Positions 28,168 through 38,972 of a stretch of 64,000 nucleotides of DNA are shown here, piece by piece (positions within the stretch are counted from its first letter, which is position 1; every line of letters starts with the position of its first letter). Origin of the DNA: Rhizomicrobium sp. Its GTDB lineage: Bacteria > Pseudomonadota > Alphaproteobacteria > Micropepsales > Micropepsaceae. The position numbers were made by a program, and so were the translations under genes. The stretch lies in assembly GCA_035502175.1 (NCBI GenBank), contig DATJUS010000041.1, positions 2,936-66,935 on the forward strand. The letters run 5' to 3'. Below the pieces are notes generated by a model that saw only the letters and a list, made by a program, of their open reading frames with translations, made no database searches and was not told the DNA's origin.

Positions 28168-30474
28168 TCACGCTTTCTTGTTTCGGATCGCGCGCCAGAC
28201 TTTTTCCGGTGTGGCGGGCATATCCAGGTGTTCTATGCCGATGGCGTCGCAGATTGCGCTGATGATCGCCGGTAGTGCGCCAACCGTTCCCGCTTCGCCG
28301 CACCCCTTTGCACCCATTGCATGGGTCTTGCACGGGATCTCTTCGTAGGAGAACTGAATGTCGGGCATGTCTTCGGCCCGCGGCATCGCGTAATCGGTGA
28401 AGCTCGCGGTCACGCATTGGCCGGTGTCGTCGTAGATCGCGTGCTCCATCAGCGCCTGGCCGAGACCCTGCACCACGCCGCCATGCACCTGACCTTGAAC
28501 GAGCATCGGATTGATGACGCGGCCGAAATCGTCGAGCACGCGATAGGATGCGACGGTGATGTGGCCGGTGTCCGGATCGATCTCGACTTCGCAGATGTGG
28601 CAACCGTTCGGGAACGTAGATGCCGCGCCCTTGAAAAGAGATTCGCTGTCGAGACCGTTTTCGAAACCGGGAAGTTTTTCGCGGCGCAGCGTGACCGCGA
28701 GTTCGCCAACGGTCATCGAACGCTCTTCGCCGGTAACACGAAAACGGCCGATGCCTTCGACGATATCGAACGCGACCTCTTTGCCGCCGGCCTGAAGAAC
28801 TTGTCCTGCAGCCGTCTTGCCTTTGGCAATCACTTCATCGGACGCACCGAGCAATGCACCGCCCGCCATATTCAGCGACCGCGAGCCGCCAGTGCCGCCG
28901 CCGGTAAACCAGTCGCTGTCGCCCTGCTTCACCTCGATGGATTCGAACGGCACGCCGAGTTTTTCCGCCACGACCTGCGCAAACGCGGTCTCGTGCCCCT
29001 GTCCGTTCGACTGTGTCCCGACATGCAGCTCGACGCCGCCATTGTCGGTGAAGCGCACGGCCGCGGGTTCGGCGCCAGCGGCGGCCGTGATCTCGACGTA
29101 ATAGGCGAGACCGAAACCGCGCAGCTTGCCTTTCGCTTCCGATTGCTTGCGGCGCGCTTCGAAGCCTGCGCGATCGGCACGCGCTACGCCTTCTTCGAGC
29201 AGGCGCGGATAGTCGCCGGAATCGAACGACACGCCCCACCAGTTCTTGTACGGCAACTCTTCCGGCGCGATCAGATTGCGCTTGCGAAGCTCGACGCGGT
29301 CGATGCCCATCCGCAGCGCGGCCACGTCCATCAGCCGCTCCATGTAGTACGCGGCTTCAGGACGGCCGGCGCCGCGATAGGCGTTGATCGGCGCGGTGTT
29401 GGAGAAATAGCATTTGATGTTGGTGTAGAAGACCGGCACGCGATAGACGCCGCCGAAAATCCGCGAGCCCGCAAGCGTCGGGATGAACGGCGCGAAGCCC
29501 GAAAGATAACCGCCGAGATTGGCGCTACCGGTGAAGCGAAGTGCGAGAATCTTTCCGTCCTTGTCAAACGCACCTTCAGCGCGCGTGAGCATGTCACGGC
29601 CATGATGATCGGCGAGATGCGCCTCGGTACGGTCCGCAGACCAGCGCACGGGACGGCCCGCGATCTTCGACGCGACTAGCACCGCGCATTGCTCGGGATA
29701 AAGCCCCGCCTTCATGCCGAAGCCGCCGCCGACATCAGACGAGACGACGCGCACCTTCTCCGGCGGCACGTCGAGAATACGCGCCACGTTGGCGCGCAGA
29801 CCGCCGGAGCCCTGATTGCCGGAATAGAGCGTGTAGTGATCTTTCGCCGCGTCGTAGTGACCGATGGCGTTGCGCGTCTCCATCGAATTCACGATGACGC
29901 GGTTCTGCACCATGTCGAGACTGACGACATGTGCCGCGCTGGCAAACGCCGCGTTTGTGTCCTCTTCCTTGCCGTCGCCATAGTCGAGGCAAAGATTGCC
30001 CGCGACTTCGCTCCAGATCTGCGTGCCGTCAGGCGCGTTCTCAAGCGTCGGCACGGCGTCGAGTGGTTCGTAATCGACCATCACCAGCTCGGCCGCATCG
30101 CGCGCTTCGGCGAGCGTCTCCGCGATCACCAGCACAACCGCTTCGCCGACAAACGTCACCTGATCCTTGGCAAGGAAATTCTTGGCCACACCTTGCACCG
30201 GCGAACCGTCGCGGCTTTTGACCGGTGTCTGCGTCGCCATGGGTTTCGCGCCGGCCGCTTCGAGATCTGACTGAGTCAGAACGGCGACGACGCCCGACGC
30301 CTCTTTCGCGCCTTCGGTGTCGATCGACAGGATTTTCGCGTGCGCATGCGGCGAGCGCAGGAACACGCCCTGCGCTTCGTTCGGCAGACGCAGATCATCC
30401 GTATACTGACCGTGACCGGTGATAAAGCGGATATCCTCCGTCCGGCGGACGGATTGGCCGGTGCCGAATTTCAT
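28168..30474 (-). CDS. Xanthine dehydrogenase-family molybdopterin-binding large subunit (form II CoxL-like)
   Basis: GGGFGMK, AYRGAGRPEA, GAKGCGEAG. Confidence 0.9.
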   Translation of the reverse strand: MKFGTGQSVRRTEDIRFITGHGQYTDDLRLPNEAQGVFLRSPHAHAKILSIDTEGAKEASGVVAVLTQSDLEAAGAKPMATQTPVKSRDGSPVQGVAKNFLAKDQVTFVGEAVVLVIAETLAEARDAAELVMVDYEPLDAVPTLENAPDGTQIWSEVAGNLCLDYGDGKEEDTNAAFASAAHVVSLDMVQNRVIVNSMETRNAIGHYDAAKDHYTLYSGNQGSGGLRANVARILDVPPEKVRVVSSDVGGGFGMKAGLYPEQCAVLVASKIAGRPVRWSADRTEAHLADHHGRDMLTRAEGAFDKDGKILALRFTGSANLGGYLSGFAPFIPTLAGSRIFGGVYRVPVFYTNIKCYFSNTAPINAYRGAGRPEAAYYMERLMDVAALRMGIDRVELRKRNLIAPEELPYKNWWGVSFDSGDYPRLLEEGVARADRAGFEARRKQSEAKGKLRGFGLAYYVEITAAAGAEPAAVRFTDNGGVELHVGTQSNGQGHETAFAQVVAEKLGVPFESIEVKQGDSDWFTGGGTGGSRSLNMAGGALLGASDEVIAKGKTAAGQVLQAGGKEVAFDIVEGIGRFRVTGEERSMTVGELAVTLRREKLPGFENGLDSESLFKGAASTFPNGCHICEVEIDPDTGHITVASYRVLDDFGRVINPMLVQGQVHGGVVQGLGQALMEHAIYDDTGQCVTASFTDYAMPRAEDMPDIQFSYEEIPCKTHAMGAKGCGEAGTVGALPAIISAICDAIGIEHLDMPATPEKVWRAIRNKKA

Positions 30475-30483
30475 GGCGCGCCC

Positions 30484-31287
30484 TTAGTGGCGATAGCTCG
30501 GGTCGATCCGGTCCAGCTTCCGCAGCAGCGCCGGCCAGGCGAGCGCGCCGACCAGACCTTCGAACGCCATCGCGCCCTGGGTCGCGGTCTTTTCCTCAAC
30601 GCCCTGATTGACCTTGTTCCACTTCACGCCGCCGGCCAGCGCCTTCACCTGCATCGTGCAGGCGCGCTCCAGATAGTACATGCGCATGAATGCGTCCGGG
30701 CACGACTTGCCGAGCGCCAGCGTGCCGTGGTTGCGCAGCATCATCACATGCTTGTTCGCGCCCAGATCGGCGACCAGACGCTCGCGCTCATCGAGATCGA
30801 GCGCGATGCCTTCATAATCGTGATAGGCAACGTCGCCGGTGATCATCATCGCATGCTGGTCGAGCGGCAGAAGCCCCTCTTCCTGCGCCGATACCGCCAC
30901 GCCATCATCCGTGTGCAGATGAATGACGCAATGCGCATCGTCGCGGTTCATGTGCAATGCGGAGTGGATGGTGAAGCCCGCCGGGTTCACCGGATAGGGG
31001 CTGTCCACGACCTTGTTGCCGTCCATGTCGATCTTCACGAGCGACGACGCCGTGATCTCTTCGAACAGCAGGCCATAAGGGTTGATCAGGAAGTGATGCT
31101 CCGGCCCCGGCACGCGCGCGGAGATATGCGTGAAGATCATGTCGTCCCAGCCATACATCGCGACCAGGCGATAGGTGGCGGCGAGATCGACGCGCAGCTG
31201 CCACTCCTCGGGCGAGACCTTGCCTTCGAGCGACTCGATGGCGTGCGCGGCGGGCACCTTCATCTCGAATTTTTCGCGCATGTTCAT
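30484..31287 (-). CDS. Class II aldolase/adducin family protein
   Basis: IFTHISAR, FTIHSALH, HLHT, LRNHG. Confidence 0.9.
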   Translation of the reverse strand: MNMREKFEMKVPAAHAIESLEGKVSPEEWQLRVDLAATYRLVAMYGWDDMIFTHISARVPGPEHHFLINPYGLLFEEITASSLVKIDMDGNKVVDSPYPVNPAGFTIHSALHMNRDDAHCVIHLHTDDGVAVSAQEEGLLPLDQHAMMITGDVAYHDYEGIALDLDERERLVADLGANKHVMMLRNHGTLALGKSCPDAFMRMYYLERACTMQVKALAGGVKWNKVNQGVEEKTATQGAMAFEGLVGALAWPALLRKLDRIDPSYRH

Positions 31288-31346
31288 GGGCGTAACTCCG
31301 TTCGGAAATGGCTGTCTTTATAGAGTGGTCCCGAGACTTTCCGGTG

Positions 31347-31757
31347 TCAAACCACCAGGCGAAACGCAGTCACCGCCCATGCATAGCTGGCCACCCGCCA
31401 TGCCGAGCCGTCTTCGACCAGCACAAAAGCCCAACCGCCATGTTCCTCAAAAGCTTTTCCGCGCGTCCGGCCGGTCCAGGTTGTCGGCAGAACGAAATAG
31501 GCGCGGTCGCCATCGCGGCTGAAATCCTGCGGCTCACCGAATTCCACTCTCAGGTCCGCCAATGTCGCCGCGTGATCGCGAAAGCCGGCACGCCATCGCG
31601 TCACGGCATCCGGCCCGCGGAACACGTAAGGCGCGAAGTTCTCGACGATGACGACGTCGTCTGCAAAGATTTTTTCGAGATGCGCGTCGTCGAGCGTCGC
31701 CATGAAGGCGGCGACGCCGTGGACGGGTTTCATCATGGACATGTCCGGCCCGATCAT
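31347..31757 (-). CDS. SnoaL/NTF2-like small protein
   Basis: [20 protein letters not shown]-x-V terminal strand; ATGA overlap with glpK. Confidence 0.65.
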   Translation of the reverse strand: MIGPDMSMMKPVHGVAAFMATLDDAHLEKIFADDVVIVENFAPYVFRGPDAVTRWRAGFRDHAATLADLRVEFGEPQDFSRDGDRAYFVLPTTWTGRTRGKAFEEHGGWAFVLVEDGSAWRVASYAWAVTAFRLVV

Positions 31758-33235
31758 GCCTGCGAACGCGTCCGGCCGACGGCCTTCAACCAACCGTCAT
31801 AAAGCGCATCGCGCGTGGTCGCGATCGTCGCGGGTTCAAAGCGGCGGTCGAGCGCCCAGCGTTTTGCGATATCGTCGGTGTTCTTGAACAACCCGCTCGC
31901 AAGACCTGCCAGATACGCGGCGCCCAACGCCGTCGTCTCCGTCACTTTCGGGCGGTCGACCGGCAGGCCGGTGAGATCGGCAAGGCGCTGACAGAACCAG
32001 TCGTTGCGCACCATGCCGCCATCGACTTTCAGCGCAGCTGGTGCATCGAGCCCTGCTGTTTTCATGTCGCGGCCCATGGCTTCGAGAAGATCGCGCGTCT
32101 GATAACACACGGAGTCAAGTGCGGCGCGCGCGATCTCCGCAGCGCCCACGTCGCGCGTGAGACCCATGATCGCGCCGCGCGCGTCGGGATCCCAATACGG
32201 CGCGCCGAGGCCGGTGAACGCGGGCACGAAATAGAGTCCCTCTGCGGGCTTCGCAGTCTTCGCCAGCGCCTCGATCTCTTCCGCGCTGCGGATCACGCCC
32301 AATGCATCGCGCAGCCATTGTACAACGGCGCCGGCGATGAAGATGCTGCCTTCGATGGCGTAGGCCATATCGCCCGCGATGCGATAACCGCTCGTCGCAA
32401 GCAGCCGGTTTGCGGATGACGGCATCGTCCCACCCGTGTTCACAAGCGCAAAACATCCCGTGCCATAGGTCGATTTCACATCGCCCGGCTTGAAGCAGGC
32501 CTGCCCGAACGCGGCCGCCTGCTGATCCCCTGCAACACCGCGAATGGGAATGCCGCCGAGCGCATCCGCCACGCCGAAATCGCCGGCACAATCACGCACC
32601 TCCGGCAGCATCGCGGCAGGCACGCCGAACAGCGCACACATCTCGTCATCCCATTCGAGCGATTTCAGATCGAGCAGCATGGTGCGCGAGGCATTGGTGA
32701 CGTCGGTCGCATGCACCTTGCCGCCTGTGAGCTTGTAGATCAGCCAGCTATCGATGGTGCCGAAACACAACTCGCCGCGCTCGGCGCGGGCCCGCGCACC
32801 CGGCACATGATCGAGAACCCATTGCAGCTTGGTCGCCGAAAAATAGGGATCGAGCAGCAGGCCGGTCTTCGCCGCCACCTTTTCTTCCCAGCCCAGCGCT
32901 TTCAACTCGCGGCAGCGATCCGCCGTGCGGCGGTCCTGCCAGACGATGGCGTTGTGGATCGGCACACCCGTCGCGCGATCCCACACGACGCTCGTCTCGC
33001 GCTGGTTGGTGATGCCGATGGTGGCAACATCGCCCCTGTCCTTCATCACGGCGCGGCAGCAGGCGAGCGTCGCCTGCCAGATCTCTTCTGCGTCATGCTC
33101 GACCCAGCCATTCGCCGGATAGATCTGCCGCAGTTCGACGGCGTGGGTCGCCACCGGCCGGGCATCGGCGTCGAAAAGGATCGCGCGCGTGGATGTTGTG
33201 CCCTGATCGATGGCGAGGATAAAGTCCTGAGCCAT
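31754..33235 (-). CDS. glpK: Glycerol kinase
   Basis: [39 protein letters not shown]. Confidence 0.95.
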   Translation of the reverse strand: MAQDFILAIDQGTTSTRAILFDADARPVATHAVELRQIYPANGWVEHDAEEIWQATLACCRAVMKDRGDVATIGITNQRETSVVWDRATGVPIHNAIVWQDRRTADRCRELKALGWEEKVAAKTGLLLDPYFSATKLQWVLDHVPGARARAERGELCFGTIDSWLIYKLTGGKVHATDVTNASRTMLLDLKSLEWDDEMCALFGVPAAMLPEVRDCAGDFGVADALGGIPIRGVAGDQQAAAFGQACFKPGDVKSTYGTGCFALVNTGGTMPSSANRLLATSGYRIAGDMAYAIEGSIFIAGAVVQWLRDALGVIRSAEEIEALAKTAKPAEGLYFVPAFTGLGAPYWDPDARGAIMGLTRDVGAAEIARAALDSVCYQTRDLLEAMGRDMKTAGLDAPAALKVDGGMVRNDWFCQRLADLTGLPVDRPKVTETTALGAAYLAGLASGLFKNTDDIAKRWALDRRFEPATIATTRDALYDGWLKAVGRTRSQA

Positions 33236-33279
33236 GGGATATCCGAAATGACAGCAACACATTCTAACAGACAATCGGC

Positions 33280-34041
33280 ATGAAACGCATTTGCATCATT
33301 GGAGATTCACACGTGGCCGCGCTGAAAGCCGGCTGGCCGACGATCTCGCCGGAATATCCCGATGTGGAAATGACTTTTTTCGCGGGCAGCGCCCAGGCCA
33401 TGGAATCTCTTGAGCTTGACGGAAACGCTTTGGTCGCGACGACGGATGCTCTGCGCAAGCGGCTGAAGACAACGTCCAGCGGCCTTGCGTCGATTGCCAA
33501 TGACTACGATGCCTATGTGATCTGCGGTCTGGGATTGAACGGCCAGGCGGCCGGTCAGGTGCACAGAATCCTTCGCGCCGGAAAGAAAGGGAGCGAGTTG
33601 TCGCCGGACTATCAGAACAAAGAGCTTCCAGCCGCGCTCGCCGAGGCCGTCGGCCGGGTGAAAGCCATTCGGATATTGGACATGCTGCGCCGGATCACCG
33701 ACGCCAAGATACTTCTCATCGCCCAGCCGTTGCGGGCGGAGAGCGATGTTCCCGCCGAGAACGCACCTTCCAGAGGCATGCGCTGGATTCTGTCCGTGTT
33801 CCACTCGGCATGCGAACAACTGGCCAAGGCGCACAACGCGACGTTCATGCCGCAACCGCTTGAAACCTTGTCGGATGCTTCGGTGGCCACGAAGGCCAAA
33901 TTTCTGCCTTCGCAAGCCCGGTTGAGCCCCGATGAATCGAGAGAGGACCGGGCGCACATGAACGGCGAATATGGCGCGATTGTCCTGCGCCACGCGCTCG
34001 ATGTTCTTGCAACTGCGCCAAAGCAGGACGCCCCGCGGTAA
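33280..34041 (+). CDS. Hypothetical protein, possible SGNH/GDSL-like fold
   Basis: IIGDSH near the N-terminus and D-x-x-H (DRAHMN) near the C-terminus. Confidence 0.5.
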   Translation: MKRICIIGDSHVAALKAGWPTISPEYPDVEMTFFAGSAQAMESLELDGNALVATTDALRKRLKTTSSGLASIANDYDAYVICGLGLNGQAAGQVHRILRAGKKGSELSPDYQNKELPAALAEAVGRVKAIRILDMLRRITDAKILLIAQPLRAESDVPAENAPSRGMRWILSVFHSACEQLAKAHNATFMPQPLETLSDASVATKAKFLPSQARLSPDESREDRAHMNGEYGAIVLRHALDVLATAPKQDAPR

Positions 34042-34055
34042 ACGCCGGAACTAGC

Positions 34056-34071
34056 TTAACACGCTGTTAAC
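34056..34071 (+). promoter_or_regulatory. CtrA-binding site
   Basis: TTAACACGCTGTTAAC is an exact TTAA-N7-TTAAC match, 50 nt upstream of the DUF2336 gene. Confidence 0.8.
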
Positions 34072-34121
34072 GCCAATTCGTTAGAAGTTCCCTTCGCTCT
34101 CGAAGGGGCGGACGGAGCATC

Positions 34122-35225
34122 ATGGTTACGGGGCAGGCTTTGGCACTTACGGCGCGCGACATGAGCGACATGGGCAGATTGGCCCAGCTTGCGGCAAACC
34201 CGCAGGGCACGACCCGCGAGGAAATCTTTCTGGCCGTCGCCTCGCTCTATCGCGTCCAAGGCTCCTATCTGAACGAACGCGAGCGCAGCCTGATGCGCGA
34301 AATCCTGCGCCGCCTTGCCGGCGACGTGGAGATGGCGATCCGCATCGCACTGGCAGAGCGTCTCGCCGACGACGCGGCCGCGCCACACGACCTCATTCTT
34401 CTTCTCGCCGACGACAAGATCGAAGTTGCGCGGCCTCTGATCCTGCGCAGCCCGCTTCTCACCGAAGACGATGTGCTGCATCTGATCGCCGAGTATGGCG
34501 AGGCGCATCACGTCGCCGTCGCCAGCCGCGCCAATATCGGCGAACCGGTCAGCGAAGCGCTGTCGAAGAGCGATGCCGAGCCCGTACTGACCGCGCTGGT
34601 GCGAAACGTCACGGCGAAGATCTCCTCGCATGTGTTCGAAACACTGATCGAGAAATCCAAGCAGATCGCCGCTCTTCAGGACCCGCTGGCGCACCGCGAA
34701 GATATGCCGCCCGTGCTCGCAACCAAGATGAGCGCGTTCGTCTCCGATGCGCTGAAGGCCTTCATCCATCAGAATTTCACGGTCGCACGGGAAAAGATCG
34801 ATACCGCTGTTGTCCAGGCGAACCAGGTTCTCAAGAGCGAACCTGCGGCACCCAAGACCGAACCGGGCGAAGGCTCGCAGAAGCTGGTCGACAAGCTTGC
34901 CGCTTCGGGACAATTGAAAGCCGGATTCCTCTTGCGCGTCCTGCATCAGGGGCAGATCGATCTCTTCGATCTCGCCTTCGCCAAATTGCTGAACCTTCCA
35001 GTCACAGAGCACCGCCGCAGATTTTATCAGGGTGGCCCCCGCGCCGTGGCACTCGCCTGCCGCGCCGTCGGCATCGACCGCTGCGTGTTCGCGACGGTGT
35101 TCAATCTGTCGCGCCAGGTGCACAGTTTGAAGCCGACCCTCTCGCAGGCCGAGTTGCATGACGTTCAGGAAGCCTTTGCAAGCTTCAGCAAGCCGGCTGC
35201 TCTCATCGAATTTCAGAAGCTCTAA
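34122..35225 (+). CDS. DUF2336 domain protein
   Basis: LAERLADDAAAPHDLILLLADDKIEVARPLILRSPLLTEDD pattern. Confidence 0.85.
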   Translation: MVTGQALALTARDMSDMGRLAQLAANPQGTTREEIFLAVASLYRVQGSYLNERERSLMREILRRLAGDVEMAIRIALAERLADDAAAPHDLILLLADDKIEVARPLILRSPLLTEDDVLHLIAEYGEAHHVAVASRANIGEPVSEALSKSDAEPVLTALVRNVTAKISSHVFETLIEKSKQIAALQDPLAHREDMPPVLATKMSAFVSDALKAFIHQNFTVAREKIDTAVVQANQVLKSEPAAPKTEPGEGSQKLVDKLAASGQLKAGFLLRVLHQGQIDLFDLAFAKLLNLPVTEHRRRFYQGGPRAVALACRAVGIDRCVFATVFNLSRQVHSLKPTLSQAELHDVQEAFASFSKPAALIEFQKL

Positions 35226-35267
35226 ACGGATATCGTGACTTCGCGCGGCACCTGCTAGACTGGGTGC

Positions 35268-36254
35268 ATGCAGGATCCGTTCGGCCGCCACATCACCTAT
35301 CTGCGCGTCTCGGTCACAGACCGCTGCGATTTCCGCTGCGCGTACTGCATGCCGGAGCACATGACGTTCCTGCCCAAGGCCGATCTTCTGACCCTGGAAG
35401 AACTGGAGCGCCTGTGCGGCGCCTTCATCGCCAAGGGCGTGGAGCGGCTGCGTATCACCGGCGGCGAGCCCCTTGTCCGCAAGGACGTCATGCGGCTCAT
35501 CGACGGGCTGGGCAGCCGCATCGGCAACGGTCTGAAAGAACTGACACTGACGACCAACGGCTCGCAGCTTGCACGCTACGCGCGCGATCTTGCAGCCGCG
35601 GGCATCCGGCGCATCAACGTCTCGCTGGACACCCGCGATCCTTTGGCGTTTCGCGCGATCACCCGCTGGGGCGATCTGGACAAGGTGCTGGCAGGAATCG
35701 ATGCAGCGCAGGACGCCGGCCTGAAGATCAAGATCAATACGGTCGCGCTACGCGGCACCAATGAAGACGAACTGCCCGATATGCTTGAATGGGCGCATGG
35801 CCGCGGCATGGATCTGACGCTCATCGAAACCATGCCGATGGGCGAGATCGACGGCGACCGCACGGCGCAATATCTTCCGCTCTCTCTTGTGCGCGCCAAT
35901 CTCGAACGCCGTTACACGCTGACCGACAGCGACCATCGGACCGGTGGGCCCGCGCGGTATGTGCATGTCGCGGAGACCGGTGGGCGACTCGGCTTCATCA
36001 CGCCGCTGACGCACAATTTCTGCGAAAGCTGCAATCGCGTGCGCGTGACCTGCACGGGCACGCTTTACATGTGCCTCGGCCAGAACGACGACGCCGATCT
36101 GCGCACGCCGTTGCGCCTGTCGCAGAATGACGATCTTCTGAACGCCGCGATCGATGCCGCCATCGCACGCAAACCCAAAGGCCACGATTTCATGATCGAC
36201 CGCCGCCACACACGCCCTGCACTGGCGCGCCCGATGTCTCTGACGGGCGGTTGA
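35268..36254 (+). CDS. moaA: GTP 3',8-cyclase
   Basis: CDFRCAYC radical-SAM motif; CESCNRVR...C; C-terminal GG. Confidence 0.97.
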   Translation: MQDPFGRHITYLRVSVTDRCDFRCAYCMPEHMTFLPKADLLTLEELERLCGAFIAKGVERLRITGGEPLVRKDVMRLIDGLGSRIGNGLKELTLTTNGSQLARYARDLAAAGIRRINVSLDTRDPLAFRAITRWGDLDKVLAGIDAAQDAGLKIKINTVALRGTNEDELPDMLEWAHGRGMDLTLIETMPMGEIDGDRTAQYLPLSLVRANLERRYTLTDSDHRTGGPARYVHVAETGGRLGFITPLTHNFCESCNRVRVTCTGTLYMCLGQNDDADLRTPLRLSQNDDLLNAAIDAAIARKPKGHDFMIDRRHTRPALARPMSLTGG

Positions 36255-37015
36255 TGAGCAAGGCCATCCACTTCGTCGCATCCGATGCACCCGACGCGCA
36301 GGCCGCGCTCAAGATCATGTGCGAGCGCTATCGCGACGCTGGCGTCGACAATTGCGACGTCATCGTCGCGCTCGGCGGCGACGGCTTCATGTTGCAGACG
36401 CTGCACACCTTTCTCGGCCGCGACAAGCCGATCTACGGCATGAACCTCGGCTCCGTTGGTTTCCTGATGAACGAGTTCCGGGAAGAGGCCCTTCAGGAAC
36501 GGCTCGACGCGGCAGAGTCGGCGAAGATCCATCCGCTGCGCATGAAGGCGACCAACAAGCATGGCACCGGGGAAGCGCTGGCGTTCAACGAAGTCTCGCT
36601 GCTGCGCCAGACGCGGCAGGCTGCCAAGATCCGCATTCTGGTCGACGACAAGGTGCGCACGCAGGAACTCATCTGTGACGGCATCCTCGTGTCCACGCCT
36701 GCCGGCAGCACCGCGTACAACCTCTCTGCGCATGGCCCGATCCTGCCGATCGATGCCGATCTGCTCGCCCTGACGCCGATCAGCGCGTTCCGGCCCCGGC
36801 GCTGGCGCGGCGCGCTCCTGTCGCATCGCGCGCGCGTGCGGTTTGAAATCCTCGAAGCCGGCAAGCGCCCGGTAAGCGCCGTGGCGGACGATCTGGAAGT
36901 CCGCGACGTCACCAGCGTCGATGTCGCCGAGGACCGCAGCATCGCCAGCACCATGCTGTTCGATGCCGGGCATAGCCTGGATGAACGCATCCTTGCCGAA
37001 CAATTTATCGATTAA
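36254..37015 (+). CDS. nadK: NAD kinase
   Basis: [31 protein letters not shown]. Confidence 0.95.
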   Translation: MSKAIHFVASDAPDAQAALKIMCERYRDAGVDNCDVIVALGGDGFMLQTLHTFLGRDKPIYGMNLGSVGFLMNEFREEALQERLDAAESAKIHPLRMKATNKHGTGEALAFNEVSLLRQTRQAAKIRILVDDKVRTQELICDGILVSTPAGSTAYNLSAHGPILPIDADLLALTPISAFRPRRWRGALLSHRARVRFEILEAGKRPVSAVADDLEVRDVTSVDVAEDRSIASTMLFDAGHSLDERILAEQFID

Positions 37016-37066
37016 TTGTCTCTTAGGCCTTAAGGCTTCACGCACTATTAAGTCACGTTAAGTAAC
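37012..37066. promoter_or_regulatory. Cluster of TTAA half-sites, possible CtrA-type control of the response regulator
   Basis: Four TTAA in 50 nt (37012, 37030, 37048, 37058), giving TTAA-N7-TTAG and TTAA-N6-TTAA. Confidence 0.4.
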
Positions 37067-37107
37067 TTTGCACCGAACAGCGCGGTCAACGCGCGAAGTT
37101 GGGCGGC

Positions 37108-37617
37108 ATGAGCGGTTACAGGTTCGACAGGCTGAAAGTTCTGGTGGTCGACGACAATGCGCATATGCGCAAGCTCGTCGTCACGATCCTGCAGGCGTTC
37201 GGCGCCCTGCAGATCTTCGAGGCCGCCGATGGCGAGCATGCTTTCACGCTGCTGCGCGACGCAAATCCCGATGTCGTCATCCTCGACTGGGTGATGGAAG
37301 GCATGTCGGGAATCGAATTCGCGCGCGAGGTGCGCACATCTCCCAACACGCCCAATCCGTTCGTGCCGATCATCATGCTGACCGGTCACACCGCAATCGA
37401 TCATGTGCGCCAGGCACGCGACGCCGGCGTCAACGAATTTCTTGCCAAGCCCGTGTCGGTGAAAGCGATCCTGACGCGGCTGATTGCCGTGATCGAGCAT
37501 CCTCGTCCCTACGTGCGCACCAAGGCCTATTTCGGCCCCTGCCGCCGCCGCAGAAGTCCCGAAGAATATCACGGCCCGGAACGCCGTGCGACGTCCGACG
37601 CGACGCCGGTGGAATAA
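37108..37617 (+). CDS. CheY-like response regulator
   Basis: VVDD, VILD (phospho-Asp), MLT, AKP all intact. Confidence 0.92.
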   Translation: MSGYRFDRLKVLVVDDNAHMRKLVVTILQAFGALQIFEAADGEHAFTLLRDANPDVVILDWVMEGMSGIEFAREVRTSPNTPNPFVPIIMLTGHTAIDHVRQARDAGVNEFLAKPVSVKAILTRLIAVIEHPRPYVRTKAYFGPCRRRRSPEEYHGPERRATSDATPVE

Positions 37618-37628
37618 GGAATGACGCG

Positions 37629-38120
37629 ATGAGCAAACAGCAACCCATCGAATTGTTCATGCCGCCCAACATGCTCAAGGCCAAGGTCGGCAGCAGTCAC
37701 GGCGCCATCGACATGGCCGCAGTCATGCGCGCCGAAGCGGCGATGGAAACGCTGAAGACGGAATTCACGGAGTGGTTTGCGAGCGATGTGGCGAGACTGA
37801 TCCAGTGCCGCGACGCATTCGCCGCAGGCAAGGACGACGCCACCCTCGCCGCGCTCGGCCGCGCCAGTGTCGATATCAAGGGACAGGCGACGACTTATGA
37901 ATTTCCGATGGTGTCGCGTGTTGCGGCGTCGCTGTGCCGCCTGATCAATGCGATGCCCTCGCCTGACGCTCTTCCGCTCAATCTCGTCGATGCCCATGTG
38001 GCCGCGATTCGGATCATCGTCCGCGACAAGATCATGGACACCACAAACCCGATGGCGCTTGAGCTGATCAAGGAACTCACCGCCCGCGTGACCGAGAAAA
38101 TCGAACCGGCAGCGGCCTAG
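37629..38120 (+). CDS. Hpt-like protein lacking the phosphoacceptor His
   Basis: RASVDIKGQATTYEFP where HDIKG is expected. Confidence 0.7.
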   Translation: MSKQQPIELFMPPNMLKAKVGSSHGAIDMAAVMRAEAAMETLKTEFTEWFASDVARLIQCRDAFAAGKDDATLAALGRASVDIKGQATTYEFPMVSRVAASLCRLINAMPSPDALPLNLVDAHVAAIRIIVRDKIMDTTNPMALELIKELTARVTEKIEPAAA

Positions 38121-38914
38121 AACGCGTCTTTCAGATTCGCATAGGTCTGCTCATAGCCCGCATCCTTGCGGATGTGCAGCTCTTTTCCGTTAGGCCCTTC
38201 TTCGACCCACGGCGTGACGGTGAGCGGAAGTTCAGCGCCCGCCGCGGCCATGGCATCCGCCACCGTGCGCGAATGCGCGAGCTTCATCAGATTGAGCTTG
38301 GTCGGAAACACGACGTTCCACGTCTTGCGGTCGGAGATCGCGCGCTCTGCCGTGATCCAGGTCGAATCCACCGATTCATGGCCGTCATGGCGGCCCGCGT
38401 GACCCACCGGCGACGGCGCGATGAAGAAATGCGTATCGAAACGCTTGGGCATGTGCTCCGGCGTGATCCAGTGGGCGAAGCGCACGAGCTGATCCAGCGC
38501 GAGCCTTAGATTCTCCTTGCGGAGCATGTCGGCGATGCCGATCTCATGCTTGTCCAGCGCCTGACGATAGGGCTCGAGCGCTGCGAGCCGCTCGTCATTC
38601 ACGAAGTGCCCGGTCGCGTGATCGCGTGCGAGCAGGATGCCGGATTCTTCGAACGCCTCACGGATCGCAGCCGCGCCAAGCGCACGCATCTCGTCCGACC
38701 AGTCCTCGCCGCCATCGACGAAATCCGCGAGTTCGGCATCGTTGTCGCGCTTGTCGACCTTACCCCCGGGAAACACCAGCGCACCGGAAATGAAGTCGAT
38801 TTGGTGATGGCGTTTCACCATGAACACTTCGACGCCATCCGCGCTGTCGCGCACCAGCAGGATCGTCGCTGCCGGCACCGGCGTGACGGACGGCTTCTTT
38901 TCTTGTTCAGACAT
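38117..38914 (-). CDS. NUDIX hydrolase
   Basis: VFPGGKVD, AAIREAFEESG, KRFDTHFF. Confidence 0.9.
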   Translation of the reverse strand: MSEQEKKPSVTPVPAATILLVRDSADGVEVFMVKRHHQIDFISGALVFPGGKVDKRDNDAELADFVDGGEDWSDEMRALGAAAIREAFEESGILLARDHATGHFVNDERLAALEPYRQALDKHEIGIADMLRKENLRLALDQLVRFAHWITPEHMPKRFDTHFFIAPSPVGHAGRHDGHESVDSTWITAERAISDRKTWNVVFPTKLNLMKLAHSRTVADAMAAAGAELPLTVTPWVEEGPNGKELHIRKDAGYEQTYANLKDAF

Positions 38915-38972
38915 GCGTTCCTCCGCGCACAAGCCTAGCGCGTGGAATCAGAAGCCGCCAAGACTTCAATAT

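Noticed and set aside
28168-30474. Aerobic CO dehydrogenase (form I coxL)
   Set aside because: Active-site loop is AYRGAGR (form II-like), not AYRCSFR, and no coxM or coxS is adjacent
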